Assembly: GCF_009914755.1 (NCBI RefSeq)
Contig: NC_060926.1
Origin: the human T2T-CHM13v2.0 reference genome, Homo sapiens
Length of the DNA stretch: 64,000 nt
Strand: one strand, 5' to 3'
The position numbers and the translations under genes are program-made. This document shows, piece after piece, positions 40,622 through 55,889 of the stretch. The notes under the pieces are model-generated. The model was given only the letters and a program-made list of their open reading frames with translations. It searched no databases and was not told the DNA's origin. Numbering within the stretch: the stretch's first letter is position 1; every line of letters begins with the position of its first letter.

Positions 40622-41884
40622 CTAGATGCTCTGTCCAGCACCCCACAGGAGCCCACGGCCACTCCCAGGGAGGCTGCAGGAGTGCGGTCCTGACCTGGCT
40701 GGCTGCTGGTGGCCAGCGCAGCTGCCCTCTGAGTGCCCAGAGTCCACAGTGAGCAGGGCCCTTTGCTGGAAGAAAGACAAGCACCAGAAGTCCCCCAGAC
40801 TGAGCATAGCATTTGAACCTGAACCCAGGGTGGTATCCTGGGGGGCCTGCCCCCGCTCCCAGACCCAGGACGCTCAACCTGGGCTCTCCCATGGCCACAT
40901 GTGTTTCTGCCTCCTCTGCCATGGTGAGCTGTGTGCCCACCACTTCCCACACTCGGTCTCCTGGCCTTCCCTCCCTGGGACCACCACCTACCACCTCGTG
41001 ACTTTCCTATTTGCGATGCTGTCACCAAGCAGAGCTGGACTGTGGCTGGAGGAAGCTCAGGGACAAATGAGGTCCCAGTCTCATCTCTGGCTCTGGGTCA
41101 CATCCGCAGTGACTCCCTGTCCTTCAGGTCTCAGGTTGAACGTCACTCCCCCAGGGAGGCCTTCCCTGATCTCCAGCTCAACTCGGGGTCCCCTTTATCA
41201 GCTCATGTCATGCCTTCATCTTCCTCCAAAAGTTGTGCTTTTTAAATATCTTAAACATTAAAATATTTCAAGTATTTGTTTGATATCTATTTGCATCTTA
41301 CATTGTAAGATCTAAGGGATCCTGTCTGCTCTCTTTAAGAAATATTTGATGAGTTATTGACTGATCATTGAGAGATGGCCCTTTGTTCTCCAGCCCAGGG
41401 GTCCTGGACATTCTGGGATCCAGAGTGCAGGGGAGCCTGATGCCCGGGGTAGTGGCCCCCTCTGAGCTACCCTCCCTGTGATGGGGGCTATACTGGGCCT
41501 TTTCTTTTCTGAGCAATTTCAGAAAACATTTTGAGATTAAAGTGAATGTGACACAGACCAGAAGGGGCAGGAAGGACACTGTCAGAACCAACAGAACAGC
41601 AAGAATACGTTCAGAGGGGCCACCCCCACACTCACACTCCAGGGCTGGGCAGACCCCTGAGAATGCCAGAAGATCACAGAAAGGGGGCCCAGGACAGAGG
41701 CAAGGGCCTGCCTCCTTCTTCTGCCTCCTTCTCCTGCCTCAGCCGGGCCTCCTGGCCCTGCCTCCCTCAGGGAGTGTCCCCAGCAGAGCAGCTGAGAGAG
41801 AGAATTACTTAGTCCTCAGGGGCAGGAGTCCCAGACCAACCCCACAAGGGACCCAGCCACTGCCCTCCAGCCTCCATTCCCCAC

Positions 41885-42637
41885 TCAGGCCCCCAGGACG
41901 TTTTGCAGGAAGGGCCAATGGAGGGCAGGTGGAAGAGGCAGGTGTGGGGGGAGAGCGGCAGGGGGCAGTAGAGCATCTGCCCTGGTGGCTGGAGGCCAGA
42001 GAAAGGCCAAAAGGGAGGTCAATGGCACAGGAGGAGTGAAGAGCAGAGAGGGAGGCCAAGCCAAAAGAGCAGAGGGAGGGTGGGCCATGGGGGAAGGGAC
42101 TTCAGGGGGCTGCAGGGTGGCAGGGTCCAAAGGCCAGGGGCAGCCAGTGGGAGATGGGAGCTTGGCTGTTTGAGAAGGGCCCGATGGGGAGGGTGGGCAC
42201 CAGACCCAGAAGAAGGAACCCCCCACTCTCCACCCCCACCCCCATCCACAAGAATGGGGTAAGGGGGAAGAGACACGGAAGGGGCAGGAGAAGGGGCAGG
42301 CTAGGGAGAGCTGGGTGAAAGCAGACCAATTTTTCCTTCATCATTGCCAATGAACAGAGTGAGAGCACGACCCTGGGGCTCTGAAGTCAGAGTTCCATCC
42401 TGCTTCTGTTCCCCTAGGATTTGTCCTTGTGACCTGAAGAGAAGAGAAGAGAAGAGAAGAGGAGAGAAGAGACGAGAAGAGGAGAGAGGAGGGAGAGAGA
42501 AAAGAGAGAGAGAGGAGAGAAAGAGAGAGAGAGGAGAGAGAGAGCGCTCTCTGTAGCACAACTGTGCCCATTGTAGAGAGGTGGAAACTGAGGCCCCAGC
42601 AGAGGCCATCCCGGGCAGTGCTTGGACTAGAGCCAGG
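41885..42637 (-). repeat. Copy B of the ~700 bp inverted local duplication
   Basis: Reverse complement of 31931-32607. The ORF track even shows near-identical peptides (WLEARERPEGKSRAQEE vs WLEARERPKGRSMAQEE). Confidence 0.9.
42437..42545. repeat. Polypurine (AGAGA)n/(GA)n microsatellite
   Basis: About 108 bp of almost pure A/G. Confidence 0.95.
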
Positions 42638-42998
42638 TCAAGGCCCATCTACATCCGGAGCCATCCCCTGTTAGCAGGACAGCATCCTGGCTGGCTCCCC
42701 GCCCCCAGACTGCCCGAGAGCTTGGCTGGCTATTGCCTTCCAGAGCAGCCCCTCCTTCCTGTGCACCTCCTCTCCTCTCCCACTAGCCAGCCCCTCCGTG
42801 GAGGGCCAAGAAGCCCAGCCAGCCCTGGGCATGGGTGCTAAGAGATGTCTGGGCTCAGGAATTTCCTGGCAGGAGCAGCAGTGCCCATGTTTGTCTCCGG
42901 GCATCCCCAGCCGGGGGGCCAAGCAAGAGAGGCAACAATGCCAGAGTAGGTCACGGAGCAAGAGCCTGGAGAGCTAAGAGCTATCCCCGTTCAGGGTC

Positions 42999-43413
42999 TG
43001 ATGGAGTTTGGGTGTTGTCCCCTCTAAATCTCATGTTGAACTGTCATCCCCAGTGCTGGAGGCGGGGCCTGGTGGAGGGGGTTGGATCATGGGGGTGGAT
43101 TTCCCATGAATGATCTTGCGCCCTCCCCTTGGTGCTGTCCTCTCAGCAGCGAGTTCCTTCTTGCGAGATCTGGCTGTTTGAAAGTGTGCGGCACCTCCCC
43201 ACCCCTCCTCTGCTCCCACTCTGGCCATGTGAGATGCCGCTTCCTCTTCGCCTTCTGCCAAAATTGCAAGCAAGGTCTCATCAGAAGCAGGGCAGATGCC
43301 GGCACCACACTTCATATAAAGTCTACAGAACAGTGAGCCAATTAAACCTCTTTTCTTTATAAATTATCCAGCCTCAGGTATTTCTTTATAGCAACATAAG
43401 AATGGCCTAACAC
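42999..43413 (+). mobile_element. MSTA/MSTB-like MaLR solo LTR
   Basis: 'tgatggagtttgggtgttgtcccctctaaatctcatgttgaactgt...aattaaacctcttttctttataaatta...gaatggcctaaca'. Confidence 0.9.
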
Positions 43414-44898
43414 AGGGTCTGTCTTAGGAAGGGGCCCTCGGGCTGTCCCTCTTCTCCCTGGCCCTAGCCCAGGAGGAGGACCAGCAAGAGTAGTGAAGTG
43501 AGAAGCCTCTCCATGAAGATGCCTTCTGCCATTCATTACACACACAACAGCATCTTGGTCCCAGATGCTGGGTCCCAGAGAGGACCTCAAGGAGACTTCC
43601 CAGGAAATTACCCACCACTGGACATTGGACAGGGCAAAGCTGTGGTGTGGAAAGGGGCAAATCCACATCCCTCCAACGTGTGCCCACATGACTGTCCCGG
43701 GGGCTTCCATGAGCTTGATGACCCAGAAGCTATGGTCCTGCACACGTGAGTCTGTGACCTGACAGCTGTGCCTGCTTCACCAGTGTAGAGACTTGGATCC
43801 CCAGGCAAACCCCAGAAGTGTGGAAGGGAAGGGGAGAAAGCCTGTGGAGGGAGGTGGAGGAGCCGTGGTTTCCAGTAACCATCGCTGGTTAGTTCAGAGG
43901 GAAATGTCCACAACAGAGATGACTGTGACACCCGGCACAAGATTTAATTCTCAGAGTGAAAACGAGAATGCCGTGTCTCTGGGAGCCCCCGGAGAATGAC
44001 TCAACAGTGACGTCCTACAGCATGATTTGCTTTAACTGAAGGTGAAGAGAATCTTTCAGGAGTGGAGAGAATATAACTGAATGCTTTGTCACAAATTTAC
44101 TTTGATCTCATGTACCCCGTAAATACAGACACCTACTATGTACCAGAAAAATTAAAAATAAAAATAACAAATTCACATTCCGCTTGTTCATCCTGATTCT
44201 TCAGGCCTGGCCACGGTATCAAAGACAAGGAAGGCCCATTGCCTGCCCTCATGCTGGTTGTTCAGCCCTCCAAGAATCATTCTTGATGCCCTGCAAATAC
44301 CAGGCGCTGCGCTAGGCCCTGCAGATGCGACAACGAACGTAGATGCTGTCCCAGCCACCCACACTCGCTGCCGGGGGAAGAACCAGGTAAGGTTCCCGCA
44401 CATCGCCCTCCATGAAGCAGGAGCAGGAGCCTCACTGCGGGGCTGGGAGCTGCCTTCCTTCCTCCCACCAGCCTCTAGGGGAAGGATTTGTGTCTGCTGG
44501 CCCTCCTCGGTAGTAACAAATTCTGGTGGTGGACAAAGCAGATAGAAGACTACAGAAGACAGACAGGCTAAGGTGATCTGCGCAAAAAGATGGCGGCGGG
44601 GGAGAGGAAAGGCAATTCCCAGAATGAAGCGGGGACGTGGGTGGCGAGTGTGTGGTTGGGATTTGAGGTGGAAAGAGGCTGAGAGAGGACTGAGTTCCGG
44701 GAGGCAGCTGCCTCCTGCATGGAGGCCTTTCCAAGGGCAAGCGCTGGATAGAGGATTCCAATTATTTGCTGTGCATTGAGAATGCACTCCCAAACAATGA
44801 CCCAGTTTTTCCAACAAATCAATGACATGAAAAGGAAAGGGGAAAAAAAAAGGGGTGACTTGGAAAGAATGCAACCCGCGCCCTTATTTGAGCCCTGA

Positions 44899-45288
<390 letters not shown>

Positions 45289-45354
45289 CTACAGATTGAC
45301 TTTTAATTGTGTTAGCTAAGATAATGGCATGGTAGTTGCATTAAAAAGTGTCCT

Positions 45355-45940
45355 TTTTATTCACAATAACCAAGATAGGGAAACAGCCTAAGTGTCCATC
45401 AGTGGATGAATGGATTAAAAACATATACACAATGAAATATTATTTAGCCATTAAAAAAGGGAATCTTGTCATTTGTGACAACATAAATGAACCCAGAGGG
45501 CATCATGCTCAGTGAAATAAGCCAGACTCAGAAAGACACATACTGCATGACCTCACTTATATGTGGAATTTAAAGAAGTCAAAACTCACAGAAGCAGGAA
45601 ATAGGATGGGAGTTGCCAGGGGCTGGAGGGCTAGGGAGGGTGTGGAAGGGGGAGATGTTGGTCAAAGGTGTTTCAGTTAAGAGGAATACGTTCTGGAGAT
45701 CTATTGTATATAATAGCATGGTGACTGTAGTTAATAGTTCTGTATTGTAAACTTGGAAATTGCTACAAGAGTAAATTTGAAATGTTCTCACCACACACAC
45801 ACAAAAAAGATAACTGTGTGATCGATGGATGTGTTCATTAGCTTGATTTAATCATTTCCCAGTGTATACATATATCAAAATTTCACACTGTTCATCATTC
45901 ACATATCCAATTTTTGTCACGTGTACCTTAACAAAGCTGG
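45355..45940 (+). mobile_element. L1MA-type LINE 3' end
   Basis: 'ttcacaataaccaagat...cctaagtgtccatcagtggatgaatggat...agtgaaataagccag...aatgttctcaccac'. Confidence 0.88.
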
Positions 45941-46920
45941 GGACCGGAGAGTGTGGAGAAAAAAGTGTCCTCATCAGAAGAGATGCACCCTGTAGTATTA
46001 GGCCAAGATGCCACGAGGTCAGTGTAAGTGGTGGAGGGTAGAGATCAATGAACTAGAGATCAGTGAAATGACGCTGGCAGAAGCTGATGGTTGTGGAAGC
46101 AGGGTGTCCCAGTAGCATGGGACAGGTTCCCACTGCAGCCCACACCTGGACCAGGCCATAGCTGGGGCCAAGTTTCCACTCTGGCAGAGCTGGAAGAAAG
46201 CAGGCCCAGCCCATCAGACCTTTTAGGGACCTCCAGGGCCTAACTGGGGCAGGGGCCAGGGCAAGGCAGCTGTGGCTGGGGGTGCTCATGTGGTTCTTTA
46301 GGACTCCACTGAGGTTCTTTGAGACACACACCAAACTAGAGAGCAGAACATCTTAATCACATCATATTTTAGTGAACCCCAAAAAGTAAATAAGAATTGG
46401 CATAGGTTCATGCTGAACTAACCCTATTGCTCATTTCCTATGTTTGACTTCAGTGTATTCAACTTTCTGACGGCCCTGTCACATTGGCCACACCACAGAC
46501 CCACGCCTTCCATTCCTTCATCATGCCCAAGCCAGAAAGAGCCATTAGCTGACAAATCGCTCCTTTCCACTATGGGTGTGGGAACCTGCCTGGCTGCCAA
46601 CAACCCAGTTTGTGTATCAGTCTCCCCTTGGTCAGCACCACCAGAGTTTTGTTGGTTATGGGGCGATCTTACTGAAATTGGTTAGGTGTGCTGCAGCAGC
46701 AAAGCTGGAGCCTGCCAGCTGCACCTTGGACGTGCACCAGCCAACTGGGCTCCAATGCAAAGGGCAAGAGCACGATGAAAGAGCACATTTGCAATCCTAG
46801 AAGATTGCATCTAAGTTGCAAGGTATAATTGGGACCCTGGTTACATTTTTAGCTCAGGGGAATAAAGCCCATCCCATACTCTCCACTCCAGTAGGGAGTG
46901 TCTGTTGGTCAACTTTATGA

Positions 46921-47220
<300 letters not shown>

Positions 47221-48212
47221 TTTTAGTGCTATTTTTTAAAGTACCATTGTGTTCAACTTCAGCTGGTGCCCCCCCTCCAACTCCTAACATAGCCTGCACC
47301 CAGCTACAGCGAGGCTTCCTAAAATACAAATCTGGCCCTGTCCTACCTAAGCAGAAACTCGGCATCCCGCCTCACCAGGCCACGGTGGCTTTGGTGTCTG
47401 TCAAGCTCCCCATCAGTGGATGAAGCCTGCAGTGCCCGCCCGGCTCCTTTGTGACATGGGTGTGGCCACTGACTTCAGTTCTCTCCAAGAGGTCTTGGGT
47501 GCTGCAGTTGCCACCGCCGCCCACCCCCTGGCCGCCCCCACAGCTTCCTCCCTTGGTGAGGCAAAGCACAGCCCCTATGCTTGGTCTGTGTCTCCCGCAG
47601 GCCTCTGACAACAGCTGCTTAGGAGAGCTTTCTCAGTCAGCACTGAAAGGGAACTTAGAACCAGCTGAGCTATCAGCCCCTCCAGGCCTGACTTCCCCAC
47701 TCAGAGCCTCCCCCACTCCTTCCTCCCTCCCCATCTCCTGACCTCTGGGTCTGGGTGGCTGCTCTCCACACACCTCCCAACCGCACTGACCTGGGGAAGC
47801 AAGACAGATTCAACAGTCCTGATTTTTGTTTTCACTAATTGCAAAATAATAATAATAGTAATAAATAAATCAAAATAAACCAAAAAGAGAAGGAAAAATT
47901 CTCCCATAGTCCCTACCCTATATATGGAATAGAACCTACTTTCTCTCGTTGCCTTTGAGGCTTTGTTTCCAGGCAGAGCCAGCATGACATTGGCAGGCAT
48001 GGTGAAGAGTCAGTTATATAATTCGGATTTTTTCACTTAGAGCTGTAGATATTCCTTCCATGCCAGTGCAGAGTCTTCATCATTATCCTTTTAAACCACA
48101 TAATATTCTATTAAATGTATATGCCAGCATTTATTTAACCATTCCCCAATTATAGGTCATTTAGGAAGTTTTTCCTTCCTTTGGGAATTATTGTTTTAAA
48201 ATATATTCCCTG

Positions 48213-48500
48213 AGGGTTGGGCGAGGTGGCTCACGCCTGTAATCCCAGCACTTTGGGAGGCAGGGGCAGGAGGATTGCTTGAGCTCAGGAGTTTGAGACT
48301 AGCCTGGGAAACATTGGGAGACCCTATCTTTACAAAAAATAGTCCGGTTTGGTGGCGTGCGCCTGTAATCCCAACTCCTCGGGAGGCTGAGGTGGGAGGA
48401 TAATCTGAGCCAGGGGGGTCAAGGCTGCAGTGAGCTGGGATGGTGCCACCGCACTCCAGCCTCCGCAACAGACTGAGACCCTGTCTCAAAAAATAAAATT
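48213..48500 (+). mobile_element. Alu SINE (AluJ-like)
   Basis: Alu consensus. Confidence 0.93.
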
Positions 48501-48511
48501 AATAAATATAA

Positions 48512-48880
<369 letters not shown>

Positions 48881-48967
48881 ATCCTGCTTTTAAAGTTCTT
48901 GATAGCTATTGTAAGATTGCCTTCCTGGGAAGAATGGGGTGGATTCCATCAATTCCCCGGCCTAGAT

Positions 48968-49678
48968 CAGCACTTCTCAAAGTGTGGCTCAGGCACTCTG
49001 TGGGGAAGGGTGGTCTTGGGACACTTTCTGGGGATCCACAAGGTCAAAACTATTTTCATAATAATACTGAAATGTTGTTAGTATTTCCTTTTCCACTGTC
49101 TTCCTTTAGTGAGTGTACAGTGGAGTTTTCTGGAGGCTGTATGCTGTGTGATACCACAATAGACTGAATAGAGATAGGAGAGGCCAACCATCTTTCATAA
49201 AGCCCAGCATCACAGAGATCTGTGGAAATGTAAAAATAATGCTTCTCTTCTCACTAAATTTATTTTTTTTTTTTGAGACAAGAGTCTCGCTCTGTCACCC
49301 AGGCTGGAGTACAGTGGCACAATCTCGGCTCACTACAACCTCCGCCTCCCGGGTTCAAGCAATTCTCTGCCTCAGCCTCCCAAATAGCTGGGATTACAGG
49401 CAACCACCACCACGCCTGGCTAATTTTTCTGTATTTTTAGTAGAGACGGGGTTTCACCATGCTGGCCAGGCTGAACGCCTGACATCGTGATCCACCCTCT
49501 CGGCCTCCCCAAGTGCTGGGATTACAGGCGTGAGCCATCACGCCCAGCCAGTTTCTTTGTTTTAATTTCTAACACAGGAAACACTGATAGATATCTACAT
49601 AGATAAGAGCTTTTTGAGATCCTTAACACTTTTTAAGAGTGTAAAGGGGTCCTGAAGCCACATTGTCTGGGAACCACT
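48968..49678. mobile_element. hAT-Charlie MITE (MER119-like), split by an Alu
   Basis: Ends 'cagcacttctcaaagtgtgg' and 'gggaaccactg'; internal 'aggtcaaaactattttcataataatact' and 'ttttaagagtgtaaaggggtcctga'. Confidence 0.75.
49262..49549 (-). mobile_element. Alu SINE (AluS-like)
   Basis: Reverse Alu consensus. Confidence 0.94.
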
Positions 49679-50052
49679 GGCCTGCACATGATGTGGCAGA
49701 ATGCAGAGTGTGCTGGACAGACCTTGTTCAGCCCATCGCCTACCTGCCTGTCTCCCAGGCATGGCACCCAGGACAAGACGCAGAGCAATTAGAGCAATTG
49801 GCTTTTTTGTCTTTTTATCTCTTCTTGCCACTTTTATTTTCTTCTCATCTTCTCTTTCCCCTCTTTTTTGTTTTTCTCGTTTTGCTCTTCTTTCCCGCAC
49901 TCCAGCCTCAGACCTCATAACGAGAGCTGCACAGATAAGGAAACCTTCTCTGCTTCACATAAGTCAAACATTTTTTCTCACATCTAAATAGAGATTCGCG
50001 ACACTGGAAATAGGTTTTTCATTATTACTAATATCATTCACAAGAAGTGACA

Positions 50053-50825
50053 TGTGTGGTGTTATGATAAGTACACACGTGTTGGCTTTTGTCCACAGTT
50101 TCTGGCTCGGAACCCCCATAGTCCCTGTTACAGTCTCGTGTTATGACAGTGGCTGTGTTAGGCCTCAGGAAACAGAATCTCTCTGGCCTTCTCCAGCTCT
50201 CCTTTCACCTGCCGCAAGGCAGGACTCGTATCTTCCCCCGCCTTTCTGATTGTGGGTCTTAAGACTCTCCCCAGAGAGGGTTCTGTCCTATGCCCTGAGA
50301 GAAGGAACGCTGACATCATGAAGCTTCCATAAAAACCCCAAGAGGACAGGGTTCAGAGAGCTTCCGGAGAGCTGAGCACACGGAGGTTCCTGGAAGCTCC
50401 ATGCCCCTTCCCCTATACCTTGCCCTGTGCATCTCTTCATCAGTGTCCTTTGTAACATCCTTTAGAATCAACGGGCTAATGTGTTTCCCTGAGTTCTGTG
50501 AGTCACTCCAGCAAATTGATCAAACCCAAAGAGGGCGTTGTGGGAACCCCAACTTGAAGTTGGTCGGTCAGAAGTTCCGAAGGGCCAGACTTGTGTCTGG
50601 GTCAGGGATAGTCTTGGGACTGAGCCCTCAACCTGTGGGCTGTAAGACTATCTCCAGGTAGACAGTGTTGGAATTGAACTGGAGGACACCCCGCTGCTGT
50701 CCGCGGCTTAGTGGGACAACCCCCCACACATCTGGTCCCAGAATTCTCCTTCTGTGTTGATGATTGTTGTCGTGGTGGTGTGAGAACAGAGGAAAAACAT
50801 GGTTTGGGAGTGTTTCCCTGAAACA
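50053..50825 (+). mobile_element. MER21-type LTR
   Basis: 'gggttcagagagcttcc..agctga.cac..ggaggttcctgga...gtgtttccctgagttctgtgag...gcaaatt.atcaaaccc..agaggg..tgtgggaacccc'. Confidence 0.82.
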
Positions 50826-51159
50826 ATATGCATATTTTTAAAATATACACACGTAATCAAAGAACTAAAAATGAAAATGAGATTTTTTCATACCAACTTG
50901 GCAGAGATTTATTAGATGGCAATGCTTAGTGCTGGCAGATGTCTAGGGAAGAGGGCAGCCTATGTGGTTTCTAGAAGGCAACTTGGCAACACATACCAGG
51001 GGCCTTAAAAATAGCCTACCCTTTGACCCAGAGGAGTTCAAAAGGCTGACAGCTCCGCTTTGTACCATTCACAACTTAGAGTTGGCTGGGATCTTGACAA
51101 CTGAGGGTAAGCAGGGATTTTTTTCCCTTTCATTAGGCCCAGAGAAGGTACATTTGTGG

Positions 51160-51485
51160 GTTTTTTGTTGTTATTGGGTTTTTTTTTTTTTTTTTGTGAG
51201 ACAGGGTCTTGCTCTGTTGCCCAAGCTGGAGGGCAATGGCACAATCATGGCTCACTGCAACCTTAACATCCTGGGCTCAGATGATCCTCTTACCTCAGCC
51301 TCCTGAGCAGCTGGGACTACAGGTACATACCACCAGGCCCGGCTAATTTTTTTTTTTTTAATTTTTTTGCAGAAACGGGGGTCTTGCTATGTTGCCCAGG
51401 CTGGTCTCAAACTCCTGACTCAAACCATCCTCCTGCCTCAAACTCCCAAGTGCTGGGATTACAGGTGTGAGCCACCACATCCAGC
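51160..51485 (-). mobile_element. Alu SINE (AluJ-like)
   Basis: Reverse Alu consensus. Confidence 0.92.
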
Positions 51486-52611
51486 AAGAGAAGGTACATT
51501 TGGAGAGGGAGGGGGGGTTACTAGACCTCAAAGATAGAGACGACATGGTCACCTGAGCTCTCATCAGGACATGTGGGCAAACCCTCCTGCAGGCAGCAGG
51601 CCAAGGCCTATAGGGACAGGGAAAGCCTGAGGGCGGGCGCAGCTTGTGTGCCAGGAGCCACAATCCTGGTGAGCACTTTGGAATGCTCCTTCTATGCTAA
51701 AGTGCTCTCTTCTTATGCCCAAGCCTTCAGTAATAATATTGGATTAAAAGGTACTACCTGGTCTTAGCAGGTGTGATCCAGAAGTCAGCTGGAGCCTGGC
51801 CGTGCCTTGAACTCTACATGAGGTTGGCTCATTGTGAGCCCAGAGGGCTAAGGAAGGCCACAGCCCTCCGTGGGATGTCCTGTTGTGTGATCTGGGGATG
51901 GCCAATGCCCTCCCAAGTTTTCTGCACATTCCCAGGGCAGGGCTGCTGACACCTCTACAGCCTCTGCTTTTCCCATGGTGCCGCTTGTCAGTTACTTGTC
52001 TACTCTTCCAGGAGTCCTATAGAGAACCCCTGCCCACAAGGTGTCATGGGCGTTTCTGAAGCTCAGGGACTGCAGAGAGACAGGGAGATTTCACATCACA
52101 GAAACACAAGCTTCCATCGGGCATCTGCACAGCTGAAATGGCCCACGGCCACCCTGTCCCCAGGGAACATCCTCAGGCCGGCCCCCACAGGAGCCAGCCT
52201 CTTGGAGGCAGGCTTCTCTCACCTTCTGCCTTCCTGGCCCTTCTCTCTCCCCCTCCTCTTTCCTTCCTTCCAGCAGCTGAAGCCTCTGCATGGTGGCCCA
52301 GGTGCTGGCCGATGTCTGCGTCCTCTGCTCCGCCATTTGCCCTAACAGTTGCCAAGGTGTTTCCCCAGCTATGAGGACCTCTGCTGCCAGTTGTCACCAT
52401 GATGTTTTCCTCTGTTTCAGCTGGGCCTTGGGGAATTAGAGTGATACTTGGGTCCATCCTTGGGTGCAGTGGCTAAGGAAGCATGCACACCCCAGAAAAG
52501 CTAGTTCCCAGGTGGCCAGAAGGAAGGAAGGAGAGGTGGCTGGCTAAAGTGACCAGCAGCAACCAGGTGGAGGTGGTGGTTGTGTGGATCCTGGAGCATT
52601 GTTAGGGGCTT

Positions 52612-53092
52612 CTGAGGTGGGCAGAATAATCTCCCCTGTCCCAGTATGTCTAGGTACAAATCTCAAGAACTGGTGAGTATGTTAAATTACATGGCAAATT
52701 AAGGTTGTCAATGGAATTAAGGTTGCCAATTATCCTGGATTATCCTGATAGGCCCAATGTAATCACAAAAGTTCTTGAAGGTAGAGAGTAGGGCAGAAGA
52801 GACAGAGGGATAGGATGTGAGAAGGACTCAACCCACTGTTACTGGGTTTGAAGACGGAAGAAGGGGCCATGAGCCAAGGGCTGCAGGAAGAACTGGCTCT
52901 GGAAGCTGGAAAGACAGAGAAACAGGTTCTCCTCTAGAGCCTCCAGGAGGACACAGTCCTGCCAGCACCCTGATTTTAGCCCAGTGAGACTTGTGTTGGG
53001 CTTCTAACCTACAGAACTGTAAGATAATAAATTTGTGTTATTTTAAGCCACTTAATATATGGCAATGTGTTACAGCAGGAAGGGGAAATAAA
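52612..53092 (+). mobile_element. MLT1D-like MaLR solo LTR
   Basis: 'ggcagaataat...gaattaaggttgc...aaggggccatgagccaagg...ctagagcctccag...gattttagcccagtgagac...cagaactgtaagataataaatttgtgtt'. Confidence 0.88.
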
Positions 53093-53889
53093 CACATCTT
53101 CCCAGACACTATCAGGGGACAAGAACCTGGTAAAACCCTGTACATCCTGTGTCCCTCAGCTGATTATAAGGAGGGCATTAAAGAGCAGGATCTCCTAGGA
53201 AACTGGAGAGGCTGGAAGCATCCAGCATACACATCTGTCCAGTGTGGATCTTCTTAAAAACCAGGAGCATGAGTAGGTGTGAGTCTGCACACGGCCAGGA
53301 GATGAAGGCTGGCAGTCCCCTCCACCTCCCCGGTCTCCTGGAACCACCTTCCTGGTGGGGGATCCCCAAGGCGAGTCCTCAGCCTGAGAGGCTCCAAGGT
53401 CTGATGAGCAGGCCTGTGGAGCAAGCTTATGTTAGCTGAGCTCATTCTGGAAACCACAGCTTCCCACTGGCTTCTGATCAACGGACCTTGTCTTGCCCAG
53501 GAAGCCAAATCGTAACAGAGGGCTTCTGAGCAAGTTCCGAGATGCAAAGGTTTCACAGCCCTGGCTATGCAGCCCCGTAATCGTGCCCACAACAGCTGCC
53601 CCTGGCATCAGGTGGACCACGTGCATCCTTGCACCTGGTCTCCTTGCCCCTTCCCCTGACACAGTGTAGATGGCACTGCCAACACCCCATCCAAGCCAGA
53701 ACTTTCTCTGTGTTTCCACAGTGACAGAGCCAAGCCCCTGCTCTGGGCTGGCTATCATTCTGTGTCCTGAAGAGGACTCGGCTTAACTCTCTTCTAGTTC
53801 ATTTACTGTTGGATTTAAAGCTTGGCTTTCAGACTTCAGTCTTAGTTCCCTCCTTTCCATGCCACTGGCCGAAGCCTCCCGGCCTTAAA

Positions 53890-54165
53890 CTTTTTATTTT
53901 TAATTTTTGTGGGTAATAGTAGATGTATATATTTATGGGGTACATGAGATTTTGATATAGGCATACAATGTGTAATAATCACATCAGGGTAAATGAGGTA
54001 TCCATCAACTAAAGCATTCATCCTTTGTGTTACAAATAGTCCAGTTATACTCTTTTAGTTATTTTCAAATGTACAATTAAATTATTATTGACTATAGTCA
54101 CCCTGTTGTGCTATCAAATACTAGATCTTATTTATTCTTTCTGTTTTTTTGTACCCACTAACCAA
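53890..54165 (-). mobile_element. L1MA-type LINE 3' end
   Basis: 'gtatatatttatggggtacatgagat...ttattattgactatagtcaccctgttgtgctatcaaatactagatctta'. Confidence 0.88.
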
Positions 54166-54249
54166 GGCCAATGATCATTACTTTAATAAATGCTTTCTTG
54201 AAGGTGTTAGTGTTTTTTAAGCATTCAATTTAGTTTGTGTTTGGAATTC

Positions 54250-54442
54250 AAAGTTAGCAAATATGGCTTCCATGCCACTTGCACTCTTTCAAAAAAGTCA
54301 TGACAGACATCACTAATCAATTACTGTACTCTTTCTCCCTGAGCCTGGAGTGTCCCAGGAATCCTTAATATAGTCTTCTAAGCAATCCTCATCCAACAAT
54401 TGGAATTGGCAAGTGAAAAGAAACTAACATGTCATCCCTTGA
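54250..54442. mobile_element. MER102-like hAT fragment
   Basis: 'catgacagacatcactaatcaat...ggaattggca...gaaac....tgtcatccct' resembles the recalled consensus. Confidence 0.5.
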
Positions 54443-55129
54443 TGCAATTACAGTTAGGGACAGAGTCATCTTTTGAATTCCTCCCACTATGTTTATCCCT
54501 TTACTATGTGACAGTAATCTGTCACCAAGAGCTAGCATCCCAACTCATATACCATTTCTGTGAAATTATGATCTCCATCTACTTTGAGTGGCAAAGAAAA
54601 GAATAATTCACAATCCACTGTTGAAATTTTGTCAGATAATACAAACAACAAATGTTGTTAGCTGTCTAATTATTTTGTGTTATTTCCTTAAGGAAATTTC
54701 TCCTCATTTTTACCCAGTAGAAAGGTCTTGACTTCCTATTTTCCATGTCTCCTTGATGTGACAGCATATCTGAGTCCTTGTTATGGGCACACGTGACAGT
54801 GCATCAGATGCTCTCAGGAAAGAAAGTGGCTTTCACACAGATTCCTTGCTCACCTTAACATAACTGTACAGAATTCCCACAACACAGACACAGGCTTTTC
54901 TCACCTTACATTCTCTCCAGCCTGTTAAGACAGTTCCAGTGACTAAATCTGGTAGCACATTAGCAGTATCACTACTCAAGGGCCTATTAAACATCAGCTC
55001 AATGGAAACTTCTTAGAATTGTAAAGCAAATCAAATACAATTCAAATGTAGAGAAGGATTACACTTAAATGGTAGACCATAAAGGAGACTCATATGGGAA
55101 AACACAGCCAGAAAAGATTATGCCAGTGT

Positions 55130-55440
55130 CTTTTTGTTTTGTTTTGTTTTGTTTGAGACGGGGTCTCATTCCATTGCCCAGGCTGGAGTGTGTCTGCAGT
55201 GGTGTGATCACGGCTCACTGCAGCCTTGACCTCCCGGGCTCAAGCAATCCTCCCACCTCAGTCCCCTGAGTAGCTGGGACTACAGGCGTGTGCCACCACA
55301 TCTGGCTAATTTTAAATTGTTTTGTAGAGTCAGGGTCTCACTATATTGCCCAGGTTGGTCTCAAGCTCCTGGCCTCAAGTGATCCTCCCTCCTCAGCCTC
55401 CCAAAGTGCTGAGATTATAGGCATGAGCCACCATGCCCAA
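55130..55440 (-). mobile_element. Alu SINE (AluJ-like)
   Basis: Reverse Alu consensus. Confidence 0.93.
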
Positions 55441-55559
55441 CTACACCAGTGTCTTTAAACTAGAGGATTCCTAATTCTCCTTAGGAGAATCCCAATAGCT
55501 AGGACAGTGGGAGGTCTTGTTCTAACATTTACCTGAAAGCAGGATTTTATTCCCAAATT

Positions 55560-55882
<323 letters not shown>

Positions 55883-55889
55883 AATCTTT

